34,942 bases of DNA. Origin: Asterionella formosa. Its lineage: Eukaryota. The notes beneath the pieces were generated by a model, which saw only the letters and a program-made list of their open reading frames with translations, did no database searches and had not been told where the DNA came from. A program made the translations under genes and the position numbers. Location of the stretch: assembly GCA_002256025.1 (NCBI GenBank), contig NKIB01000141.1, positions 1-34,942 of the forward strand, written 5' to 3'. Below, piece by piece: positions 20,901-31,575 of this stretch. How positions within the stretch are numbered: the stretch's first letter is position 1; each line of letters starts with the position of its first letter.

Positions 20901-23900
20901 CTCATCAAACCAGTCATTGTTTCCTTCACTGTCGCCACCATCCATAGCATCAATGAATTCCGCTTCGTCAAGAACGCTTGACGAGTCCGAGAAATTCTCG
21001 GGTGTTTCCGCAGTGGAAGTTGAATTTAAGAAAGGCGACAGTCGGGTTCTAATATCGTCCTTCACTTTATTTTCAGCAGAAAGTGTTGAAAGGGATTCCT
21101 GTCTAAATGAAGATAGTGCAAGTTGCCAGGAGCGGAAAATAAAAAGCATGTTTTCAACGTCTGATGCTGAGCACGAAACACCGATTTCCTCGATCACACA
21201 ATTCGCAATTAATCGGCATAAAGTGTGATCACTTGGTAAAACAGAGATTTCGAAAATTATCTTGATCTCAAATTGTGTCAGAAAGTCGCTCACTTCACTC
21301 TCCCCATAATGCTTCATCGAAATCCTGGGCTTTGACAACCGGACAATAAAAATATCATAAAAGGGAGACTGAACGCTATTCACTGCTGACTCGTACGTCA
21401 TATCATCAGTTTGATCAATTGTAGAAACGAACATGTTTTCAGTGATCGACAAACTTCTGCTCCGACCAAATTGGCGCTTGTCATCCAATACCGAACTAGA
21501 GGATCGACCAAGAACGATCGCATCGAGACCCCTTGATATGGGACTAGAGCTGCCTCTCAAATTTAGTGCGTCCATGCGAGGCACGAGTCGAGGTGATAGT
21601 GGTTCAGTAAGTGAGCCACTTCTGTCATCTTCAACTGGTGTACTGGCACGATTTCCATTTTCGTCCCGGATGCGATGTCCATTCTGGTCAAGACTGGATT
21701 TTCTCCGGATTTCATGAAGTGACGAGAAGTTCAACTTCCCAGTTGACATACCAGCAAGCCGGTCAGTAGCAATAGATGCATCACCTAGATAAATTGAGAA
21801 AAATCTATCATCGCTGTCATTGATTGCAATTGTAGGCATCTTTATTTGGATGTCCAAATCGAGATTCTTGTGTTTTTTCAAGGCAGCATCGATCATTGTT
21901 AGAAATTCAGCTCTTCGTGAATCGGACGAGCTGCTTTGAGCCATACGCAACCCTTCCCAGAACATTTTTTTACTTGTGTCTGACATTGAAATATTGAAAA
22001 GTCCTCTGACATGATGGATCCACTCACACGAAGGCGACAAGGAAATCAGGAGAGAATCAATTTGAGCGTGAACTCCGATGTCATACTCCGGGTGATCCGG
22101 CGGGTCACTGATTAGCTGAACAAAGACAAGATGCCTCTTGTCGTTATCAGGAGATTGTATAGCTTCTGCCTGCGCCAAATCACATAAACGCGAGATGACT
22201 GTATATTCTCTCTTATCTGATCGTACTTCCTTAACGGATAGAGTATCCAAAGAGGATTGAAGCTCAAAAGCTTCAAAGTTCGCAAGGAGAGAGTACCCAA
22301 CATAAAGATGCGAAATACTCAGATCAAGGAAACGTTCATGAATTCTTCTGTGTTGGTTGAGGTCTGCAGTTGATGGAAGCGGTGAAAATAAAGAAATGCA
22401 GCCATGTTCGAGATTGGCTTGTATGGAAATAGCAACCAAAGATCGAAGATTCAAGTCCTCGCACTGCGAATCTAATTCCTTGTTTGCATTTTCTAGATAC
22501 GCTAGTAAATGTTCATATTCCTCTTCTGATTCAATATCGTCATTTATGACGGAACTCACAAGGCGTCGTAATCTTGACTTCCGTTTCAATTTTTGCCTCC
22601 CATGTTCGGATGCGGCAAAAGTGGCAAGGCGGGCCTTGATCAATGCTCGGAACAACACAATATCATACACAGCAAGGTCACCACGTAAACCATCTTCGAT
22701 TTCGGCAAGCTCATTGATTTCGTTCGGACTGAGTGGCATGCGATTCAATGAGTCTGTACTACTGGATCTCATTGGGGAGTCACAAACAGTGTCACCTTCT
22801 GTCGTGTCGGGCATTATTGCCTCGTGGGTGACATTGAAAATCGTTCCATTCTCGTTTTCATCCTCTTGTACGGCTGTTATTAACACCTTGTGAGGGGATA
22901 TATTCGTTCCATTTGCGGCCACTTGTTGCCTCCGACTTCGTTGCTGGCGTTCGAACAGCTCGCAATATCGTCGACGCTGTTCATACCGTTGATGAAATCT
23001 ACTCCAACTCCATCTCATCCGTGAATTCCTAAGTTCCATTCGAATAATATGAACAGCATACTCCCACCAGGCTTTTGGATCAACCAGCGCAGACAATTTC
23101 GGTCTAAAATAAGGTCGATACTGTTGAACAAAGAAATGTTCTTGAAGTGAGCTCTTCAACGCCATAATGTGCGATAATTGAAAATCTCGAATTTGTACTG
23201 AGACGTCATCAATTTGCAAAGTAAGAACAACGGCGGGCCGCATGGACAAATCATTGGGTGTCCTTGACAACGTTACATGAGCCGTAGCGTCAACAGGAAG
23301 CAAGAGGTAGACATGTTTCGGCGACGCGCTCTGTGAGGACGATGCCAGGGGAGACGCACGTCGGGCAATGCATTGATCGAGTGCTTTTGCAATTTGTTGT
23401 GATTGCTCCATCCAAACCAGCATTGACAATTCTACAGGAATCATACCCTTCGTGTGCCGGCTATCAGCAACCGCATTCCAATAGATTGCCAAATGATTCA
23501 GTTGCGCCACCTTCCGAACTACGGTTTTGCTGTAGTTAAAGTTGTCATCTTCTGGATCATCTGTGTTGCTTGCAGTAGAATTGTCGTGATGGATATGTAA
23601 ACTCTCCAAGGTTAGTCCAATAGCAAATGGAGAGGGAGTGTCCACATCTTCCACTCTGACATGGACATTCCGGATATGAATGTGTAGCTTGTCCAATATA
23701 TCTTTTATTATCCCTTCCGTCGCTTTCTTTTTGAACATCTCCGTATACGACGACTCAGCCACTTCTTTTCCAAACAATTCACTTTCAGCTAATGCTTGTT
23801 TTCGTTGTTGTATCATATGATTCCGCACGGCACGATCGTCGTGTCTGTGAAGATGTGCCCGCATCAGTAGATGAACACCATCCAAAACCACAACTACAAC

Positions 23901-24200
23901 TTCATTTGGATCATGCAACTTTGCCCAAGGGACTGTGATTTCCACTCGCTTGATGGTACATGATAGAACATCGACTGGAATGCCTCTGGCTCGGAAATAC
24001 TCGTTCAGCAGCTCTTTCTTAAATTCCAATTGTTCCAAGGAAACATAGCCTGACCAAACTCCCAAGTTGGTCCATGAATTTTGGTTGATGTTGCTACCGG
24101 CACTAGGCGCGGAGGTAGATGTGGACGACGTGGAGTCATCGGAGATGAAATACTTGGACAAGAGGCGAGAAAGAACCTTTCCCGCAAGGCGTTCAAACAT
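11976..24200 (-). CDS. VPS13: VPS13-family (chorein) bridge-like lipid transfer protein, ~4029 aa; exons 24200-19470, 19400-16425, 16358-11976
   Basis: Chorein_N start (MFERLAGKVLSRLLSKYF..LGVWSGYVSLEQL..VEITVPW..IHIRNVHVRVED), WWEYA, YHNRRLVAWEPVVEPW, VAB/SHR-BD motifs (IRNETGL, PFRIENHT, FAWDEP), GIGISIVD..PQELVY..IDNQL..TPYPVLL, and RNPRLF plus a PH-like C-terminus. Two GTAAGT...TAG introns join the three ORFs in frame. Confidence 0.93.
16359..16424 (-). other. VPS13 intron 2 (66 nt, phase 0)
   Basis: GGA TTG|GTAAGTTGC ... TTTTTTTGCATAG|ACC ATT; restores the VPS13-like IRNETGL-TIRF. Confidence 0.87.
19401..19469 (-). other. VPS13 intron 1 (69 nt, phase 0)
   Basis: AAG TCG|GTAAGTTTG ... 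GAGTAG|ACC GAT; joins EVKS to TDSSNAVEILG. Confidence 0.82.
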
Positions 24201-24804
24201 GGCGGCAGCCTCCTAGATTGTGATCGCACTAATATGTTGGCGCTAATGTTTGCTTTTGCTATGGATCTGTGACTGATGTGTACATATACTGCCGGTTATA
24301 CCGGTAGTTAATAGAGTCTTCATGAAGCAACCCTTCGGTTTCGTGAAGACTACGAAAACGTGCGGCCGTACATACCGGTGGTACCAGGTACCTGGTCCTC
24401 TATCTTTTGAGTTGCTTGTTGTATTTTGTGGCCTTCTATTTTAGTGATGATGGTGTCCGTTAAGATACTGTGTCTGTTACCTTGTACCTGATGGTACACT
24501 GGTACTCCTACCACATAGCAAGTAAATAACAATACTCCGGAGTATTTGGTATGCTAGGAATACTGCTCCCTCGTACATAAAGCGTATGTAGCCTCTGTTG
24601 TTTAACGGTAGTTAGCACGAGTGAGTAAAATGATGACGAGGAATTTAGTACCGATAATGTGTAAGTAGTAGTATTGTGATATGAATACCGGTATGTATTA
24701 TTTACACAAGCAATACGTCATACATAGAGCCACAAAAGACCCGAAAAGTAATTAATTTGGAGCCATTTTGGGGGGGAAGATTTCGAGTGTTTTCTTTTTT
24801 CTGT

Positions 24805-25045
24805 CCGAAATCCAAATTGGGATATTTGCCAAATAGGTATTTTTGATACCAATTTGGCAAAAAATTAGTCAGATATGTTTAACCTTAATCTAGATTTTTA
24901 TTTAGCCTAATAAAAATGCCAATTTGGATCCAAATTAGTATCAATTTTATATTTATTACCAATCGGTTTCCAAATTGGTATCTATTGTTAGTATTGTGAT
25001 ATGGTTTGAAACATTGCTTCCAATTTGGATCCAAATTGGTATATT
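24805..25045. repeat. Cluster of CCAAATTGG/CCAATTTGG motifs including a 20-bp palindrome; probable subterminal region of a DNA transposon or MITE
   Basis: CCAATTTGGATCCAAATTGG at 25020-25039 (perfect palindrome) and a near copy at 24919-24938. Single motifs at about 24812, 24829, 24849 and 24970. Confidence 0.7.
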
Positions 25046-25283
25046 AGCTATGTTATGGGTTATTAATATATTAATATATATTAAGAAAATTAGAATAGTA
25101 AATGTTATATTATTATTATGTTATTGTATTATGAATTGTCATTCAGGTGATAGTATGTTCCGCCAGAGATTTGTGGAAGGGTTAATATTCACTTATTATC
25201 CTGGTTTTCCAATAAATTCCATTCTGAATCAATCATGGTGCATACTCCTTGTACATTAATGGTTGCTGGAATTGGGATACCAT

Positions 25284-25702
25284 TTATATTCCGTTTTGGT
25301 AGTAGCATACAAAAATTAGTAAATTCAATGTTTGCTTGCTGGAAGGTCACATAGCTCATTTGACTATGTCCAGTAGAAATATTTGCTGATACTAGTATTC
25401 ATGATGCCACCATGATGATCCTTGTGTCCAACAGGGATTATTTCTGGTATAATCCTTGTTATATTCAGTTTTGGTAGTAGCATACAAAAATTAGTAAATT
25501 CAGTGTTTGAGCTCATTTGACTATGTCCAGTAGAAGTATTTGCTGATACTAGTATTCATGATGCCACCATGATGATCCTTGTGTCCAACAGGGATTATTT
25601 CTGGTATAATCCTTGTTATATTCAGTTTTGGCAGTAGCATACAAAAATTAGTAAATTCAGTGTTTGCTGGAAGGTCACATAGCTCATTTAACAATGTCCA
25701 GT
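25284..25702. repeat. Tandem duplication, about 2.5 copies of a ~175-bp unit (second unit internally deleted)
   Basis: GTTTTGGYAGTAGCATACAAAAATTAGTAAATTCA recurs at 25293, 25468 and 25625 (spacings 175 and 157). Confidence 0.92.
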
Positions 25703-25704
25703 AT

Positions 25705-26106
25705 AATGCCATGACCTTGTAGTAGTGTGTACCCCAAATGGCGACCACTTGGTGGATTCGATGTTGATTATTTCCATCCAGAAAGTCCCTTAATAAAGTC
25801 TGATTCCCTGATCTCGGTGTCTATTTGTTGAAGATGCTTGAGAGCTGGTGGTGCCGTCATTTCTGTTATGAATTCTTTGACTCCTGAAAAGCACTCTTCA
25901 TCGATGTTTTCAAATGGGGTGCCTTCAAGTACATGGTCCGCGGCCTCTGAGATCCTGTTGAATCCCAGTAGATCGCGCATAGTTCCATGGCCAAATTGAG
26001 AGGTAGACGCTTCTTGATCATATTGGTATGAGCCGTGTTCGCGAAGAGCAGTCTTGAGAGATGAGGATTCAAATTTTGTTGCCCAGCCATGTGATTTCCT
26101 AATCAT
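25705..26106 (-). mobile_element. Degraded fragment of a non-LTR retrotransposon ORF (Ambal-like, region upstream of the RT domain)
   Basis: Translation FGHGTMRDLLGFNRISEAADHVLEG...DFIKGLSGWK*STSNPPSGRHLG/HYYK resembles the W.E.TSTSPSGRHLGHYK motif I recall from diatom LINE-like elements. It has an internal TAA (25768-25770) and a frameshift. Confidence 0.7.
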
Positions 26107-26770
26107 CTTCTACAAATAAAAACTATCATGTTTCCATGATGCATCATAGGATTGTGACTTTTTTCGTTATATCATCTATTAATTTTGATAAATGCCCTTG
26201 TAATTTAAATAGTAACCCTTTTGACTACATATATTTAATTATATATATTGTTTCTATTAGATTCCTGTATTCGAATTTCTTGGTAGGATAATGTACCACC
26301 TGAAGTAATGTAATTTGGCTTGTCATTTCCATCCGTCATCACTCTGATTTTTGCAACAACAACGAAATACTAGCAATGACAAGTGGAATGATTGTTTGCG
26401 ATGACAATGTCTTCAATTGTTGGTCAAGTGATCATTATATCTTTGAGTAATTGTCATGTGCATTTAACCTTTGTTCATAATCATTCAATTAAGAGTTTAC
26501 AGAGAAGAAATCATTCGAACTCGTAATGGTTCCGCACACAGCGCACATTGTAAATCCGTTTCATCAACCACCAGCATTACAATCTCGCCAATCAACCCGT
26601 AAACAAACACATTCTACTTGTTCTCGTTGACATTTTCAATTCTCACATGATAATACATCTACTATTGAGATTCAGCATAGAAGGAGATAAGAAAATGTAA
26701 CAGACTAGCTACTGTCCACATAGCTATAGTTATAGAATGATTCTGATTACAATTTCGTTTTCATGTGTGT
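26104..26770. repeat. Diverged dispersed repeat, copy 1 of ~650-700 bp (paralogous to 30880-31575)
   Basis: Shared collinear blocks: TTTCCATGATGCATCATAGGATT, TAATTTAAATAGTA..ACCCTTTTGACTA, ATTTCTTGGTAGGA.AATGTACCA, CACTCTGATT.TTGCAACAAC, ATACATCTAC.ATTGA. Confidence 0.85.
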
Positions 26771-27314
26771 AAGTGCACTGTCGACTTGTGTACATTACAG
26801 GAGTGACTTAGCAACTAAAGTGTGTGTTATAATATCATGCTCCATAGTACGATGCAGAATACTACAGTTCCCAATCATCTCATCATGATTGATAAGATGA
26901 TAATGTGATATCACTATAGTGTTACATCGATGCATACATCACCAAAGTATGATACATAATATTGAATAAAGTATATCACATAGCTATGATGCATTGATCA
27001 TAGAACTATGATGATTTCTTAAAATGTTTATGATATAATTTTGATCAAAATATGATCATGTTAAAATAATACAATAACAATAAAATACGATAAAATATGT
27101 ACGCAAGTGTTATTGATACATCATAGAAAATAAATAAATCATAGAGTATGTTACTTAATATATAAACTCGACTTTTAATGTATACAGTAAAAGCCAACAG
27201 TTAATATGATAGTATTATACGGTGTATAGGATCTAAGTATATGGATGCGTTGACATGTACATGACTATAATATGATTTGTGATATGGATTGATGCATATC
27301 ACATACCGGTATCC

Positions 27315-29270
27315 TCAACAACCAGCCATCACGTTCATTGTCATGTCGTTTTTCCTTGTTATAGCTATATTTATGCCGGCATGTGTATTGTGTAAATACA
27401 ACGCTGGCGGAACATGCATATGTCCTTTTTGGTTTGCCCGTTTCTTCGGTTGCTCTTGATGAAGAAAAGCAGTGTCTGTTGTTTCAGTGATATGTTTATG
27501 ATCAGAATTGTTCTCTGGAATATCTTTGTGATTTTCTTTCTTTAAAAAAACATGTCCATTCTTCAGGGATAGTCCGATAATTGTACATTGAATCCAATGA
27601 AGAACCTCAAATGGAGTTGCACCAAATAATCCTTCTAAGTCACCACCAAAAAAATGATTTATTAGTGCAGGCATTATAGGATTATGCGATATAACATGGC
27701 ACCACTCGTTTGCTGTTGCGTATTTCCATTAGATTGGGAGACACAATACTCAGGTGGGATACATGGTAATTTTCCATCGGGATATGCATTTTTGTCAAGA
27801 AATTTGTTTAAAAAATTTTTAACATCTGACACTTTACAACATTCACATCCAATATCGGGATTTTCAGCATCTTCAGTTGAAACCAGGCAATCACGACAAA
27901 CATATCGTCGATATAATCCATTACCACCCCTGAAACCACAAATTTTGTTGTGCTCGTCTGTATGCATCACTAATTGTTTGGATCGCTCTTCGAAAGGCGA
28001 CAATATAAATCCTGTAACAGAATGGTATAATTTGAACCGACATAAGGACAAGTCGACACCAGATAACTTATTATTCATTTGGTTCTCCAGATCACTGACT
28101 TCAATGTCTGGCAAAAGAGATACCAATTGCCATCCATCAACTTTTTTCATTCCTTCCTTCTAACGTTAAGTTTAACATTGTCAACAAAAACGGATGCTCG
28201 GAACGTTTCATTTGTTTATCAATAGGTGAACCCTCACCATCACTGAAAACTGCTAGGGCAACAAATAAACACCCTGTCTTCAACACTCCATTTTCTGATG
28301 CAGGAGAATTGTTGAATCCATTTTCAAAGCAAGTCGCGGAAGTGACTTTGTCATATATGCGTTCTCAACAAGTTGTAAGTTTCACTTGTGGGTGACATAC
28401 ATAATGTTGCATGATATCGGAATCACGTAACAATCATCCTGCCATGAACTGTACTGGTTCGAAATAATGGATTGTGCGTGGGATGATCATGTTTGAATTG
28501 TTTGTTATCAATCTGTATTTGTTTGGTTAACAGTTGACCACCAGCTAATGTTGGTGGAAATGAAATATCCATGCTTTTTTTCAAAGTCTGGTAGGATGGC
28601 TGGAGCTTGATACCTTCCATCAAAATATTTCATTGCTTTTGCCTTGAACAGCCATTTCATTAGATGATCAAAGTAAACTGGTGGAAGGTAGGTAATTCTT
28701 GTTAAGGAATAACATGAGTTCTAATTCGATTGGATGCGCGCATGTTTAGGGAATGTTTACTTGGAAGTTGAAATTGAGGAGGAAGGGGCATTTCCATTGC
28801 ATTTTCAGGGGGAAAGCCAGTGTGATCTTGGAAATCTGAATATTGCATGGTCTCTGAATTCAACCCTTGGAGAGTTTTTAGTCTCAATTGTTCGTCTTGT
28901 TGTGACTGAATATTGTGCGTTATAAACTGAATCGTCGCTGTCGTCATTAAATGAATGATTGTGGCCCCCACTTGATTCAAGGAAAGGACACATTATCTCT
29001 TCTTGTTGTCTACTCTCCCTATTATATGCTGCAGCAGTTACACTGCCATTAACTTCTTTCCTTGAATGATTCGATGCACTACCGCAATACATAGTTCCAT
29101 TATGTATTCCAGGAACTCGATGTTCTTGCATGCAATGTCAACAGTGACCATATGCATAGAATACACGGTTGCTACAATTTCGATTATGAGACTCAGATGG
29201 GGATTTGTTCTTCCGAAATTTGTAGTTACACAGATAACACCATTGCAATGTCCGCAAAGACATTGCAAAT
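27315..29270 (-). mobile_element. Plavaka-type (CMC/CACTA-related) transposase pseudogene with N-terminal Zn-finger-like remnants
   Basis: Frameshift-joined motifs: MQCLCGHC..HLSHNRNC; ELELMLFLNK..YFDHLMKWL; LFVALAVFSDG..IDK..RSEHPFLLTMLNLTLEGRN / GWQLVSLLP; LYHSVTGFILSP; HNKICG..YVCRDCLVSTEDAENPDIGC; FGGDLEGLFGATPFEVLHWIQ. Multiple stops and frameshifts; appears 3' truncated. Confidence 0.8.
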
Positions 29271-29538
29271 TTCAAATGATGACAAAGTCAGGATATGAAA
29301 AGGATAGAATGAAAATGAATTATTAATAATAAATTTAGCATCACTCCGATCATGCTATGCTGGACAATACAGAGTCGTGAAATTATCACTCCACCATAGT
29401 AGTAAAACTAGAGGTATACCGCTACATACAGTACAGGCGCCACTACTAGTAGTATAGAGCAACATCAATGTTTTCCTAACATCTATGATATGGTTTGTGC
29501 ATTGTAGAAGTCTCACACTAACTATATTTATTATGTAA

Positions 29539-30265
29539 CTACAAAGCATGCATTTGATTCTCTTTGATCCATTCAAAATCAACGTCGTCACCAATGTCCT
29601 GTTGATTAATGCATTCATTGTAATCAATATTCTTCTCAGGAACATTTGGTTGAAGTGGTTCAACATATTGATGCATATCCTCTTCACTTACATTGGGAAA
29701 TGAGAAGTATGAGTGTGGGTAGATGATATTTGTTGTGCTGGAAGTAGCAATTCCACTAGGATTCCTTCTATATTCAGATCGATTCTTTTGTGAAAGTCCA
29801 GTGTAGATTTCCTTATAATAACCGAGTAAATCAACATCATCAGTCCATTTATCAGTGAGACCATTTGAAACTGAACTTTCTTCCCTCACACTTTTTTGAT
29901 AAGTGGTTTCCCACCAATGTCGACAAAATCAGTAGAATGACGAATAACGTTGCTTCTCTGAAATTTCATGCATATCTGGATTGAAACCCAAATATTTTTG
30001 TTGCAATCGAAATTTTCCTTTCAGCACCAAGAAGCAAAAGGCTTCTGTACTGGCATTGATCAGCGAACCAACAAAACGTGATTGCAATTAACATTGTGCC
30101 CGAAGACTTAGTTGAAATTTGGTCACACCAGGCACAAAGAAGTTCTTTGTTCCATACCGGCAGTATTTGCCACATGTCGCTTGTTTCCATGAACCTCATT
30201 ATGGTAGATAACTGTTGTCGTTCTCTTCCTTAAAGTTCGATCAACTTAAAATCAGGTGTTGCAAG
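29539..30265 (-). pseudogene. Decayed accessory gene co-oriented with and upstream of the Plavaka transposase
   Basis: One frame with a few stops reads ...FFVPGVTKF...SLINASTEAFCFLVLKG...DKWTDDVDLLGYYKEIY...R. The EAF(x)LV(L) and KWT pattern resembles accessory ORFs I recall beside such transposases. Possible acceptor (TTGTAG) near 30266. Confidence 0.5.
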
Positions 30266-30414
30266 CTACAATGAAATGAATTATCAGCCACTACATATAA
30301 TATTTTACGCTGTTTAGATATGATACCATAAAACCAACAGTGCTATTTACATTATCATTTACAAAATCAGAACCGAGTTTGAGTAATAGCATATCTTGTT
30401 TTCAATTATACGAT

Positions 30415-30883
30415 TATACAATCATAAAAATGTGATGATTTACTGTTCCGCTACAGTAGCAGCAGTCATGAACATATGGTGTTCTGTTGCTTGTTTACTA
30501 CTCCGACTACTCTCTTTCAATTTTACAATCGTACAATCCTAAAACTATGATGATTTACTGTCCCGCTGCAGTAGCAACAGTCATGAACATATGGTGTTCT
30601 ATTGCTCGCTTACTAATCCGACTATTCTTTTTCAATTTTATGATCATACGATCCTAAAACTATGATGATTTACTGTCCCGCTGCAGTAGCAGCGGTCATG
30701 AACATATGGTGTTCTGTTGCTCGCTTACTACTCCGACTACTCTCTTTCAATTTTACGATCGTACAATCCTAAAACTATGATGATTTACTGTCCCGCTGCA
30801 GTAGCAACAGTCATGAACATATGGTGTTCTATTGCTCACTTACTACTCCGACTATTCTTTTTCAATTTTATGATCATACGATC
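30415..30883. repeat. Tandem array, 4 x 115 bp, with A-B-A-B higher-order (230-bp) structure
   Basis: GATGATTTACTG at 30434, 30549, 30664 and 30779. Diagnostic variants alternate (CTGTTG/CTATTG, ACTACTCTC/ACTATTCTT, GCAGC/GCAAC). Confidence 0.95.
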
Positions 30884-31575
30884 GTCTGCAAATAAAAACC
30901 ATCATATTTCCATGATGCATCATAGGATTATGATCATCTGATCATAATTTTTCGTTAAATCATCTAATAATTGTAATAAATGCCCTCGTAATTTAAATAG
31001 TAGTAACCCTTTTGACTATGGAAATTTAATTATTATATGTATTGTTTTTTTTAGGTTCCTTTATTTAAATTTCTTGGTAGGAGAATGTACCAGTGAAAGT
31101 AATGTGGTTTGGCTCATCATCCTCTCCAGTCCTCACTCTGATTCTTGCAACAACGACAAAGCAGCCATGTCGAGAGGAACAAGATTTTGTGATAAAATCT
31201 TCATTTGTCGTTCAAGTCTTCATATGTCTTCGATGAATCATCATGTACATTGCACAGTATGTTCGTACTATGCAATCCGTTAAGAGCTTAAAAAGAAATC
31301 CAATGAAAACGAAATGGCTCATCACACAAGACGAACATTTCCGGTCGGTCTGTCACCAGAGCATCAATCAGTGTTACAACCTCAATCATAGCTAGTAAAC
31401 AACATCCATTATAGAACAGCACAATCTAATTCTCCGTAACATCGTCTCTCTAACAAGAACGTCATACATCTACAATTGAAACGCAGCATAGCAGGCGATA
31501 TGCACAAAGAAGCATGAGACTGTGCCGTCTATTTATAGTAACAGAGTGATTCTGGTTTCGTAATTTTCATGTCTC
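30880..31575. repeat. Diverged dispersed repeat, copy 2 (paralogous to 26104-26770)
   Basis: Same collinear blocks as copy 1, direct orientation, about 4.8 kb apart. Confidence 0.85.

Noticed and set aside
11976..24200. Three separate genes, a pseudogene, or TAG reassignment for the three large ORFs
   Set aside because: Canonical GTAAGT donors lie 66-69 nt upstream of each TAG, and splicing restores VPS13 motifs. The methyltransferase gene appears to end at a normal TAG.
12126..24272. Many antisense or alternate-frame ORFs inside VPS13 and the other genes
   Set aside because: Shadow ORFs of long coding regions with no independent motifs.
30415..30883. Possible CRISPR array
   Set aside because: Whole 115-bp units repeat with no unique spacers, there are no cas genes, and the context is eukaryotic.
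26104..31575. LTR retrotransposon defined by the two direct repeats
   Set aside because: No TG..CA termini, PBS/PPT or gag-pol; the interior is a DNA-transposase relic.
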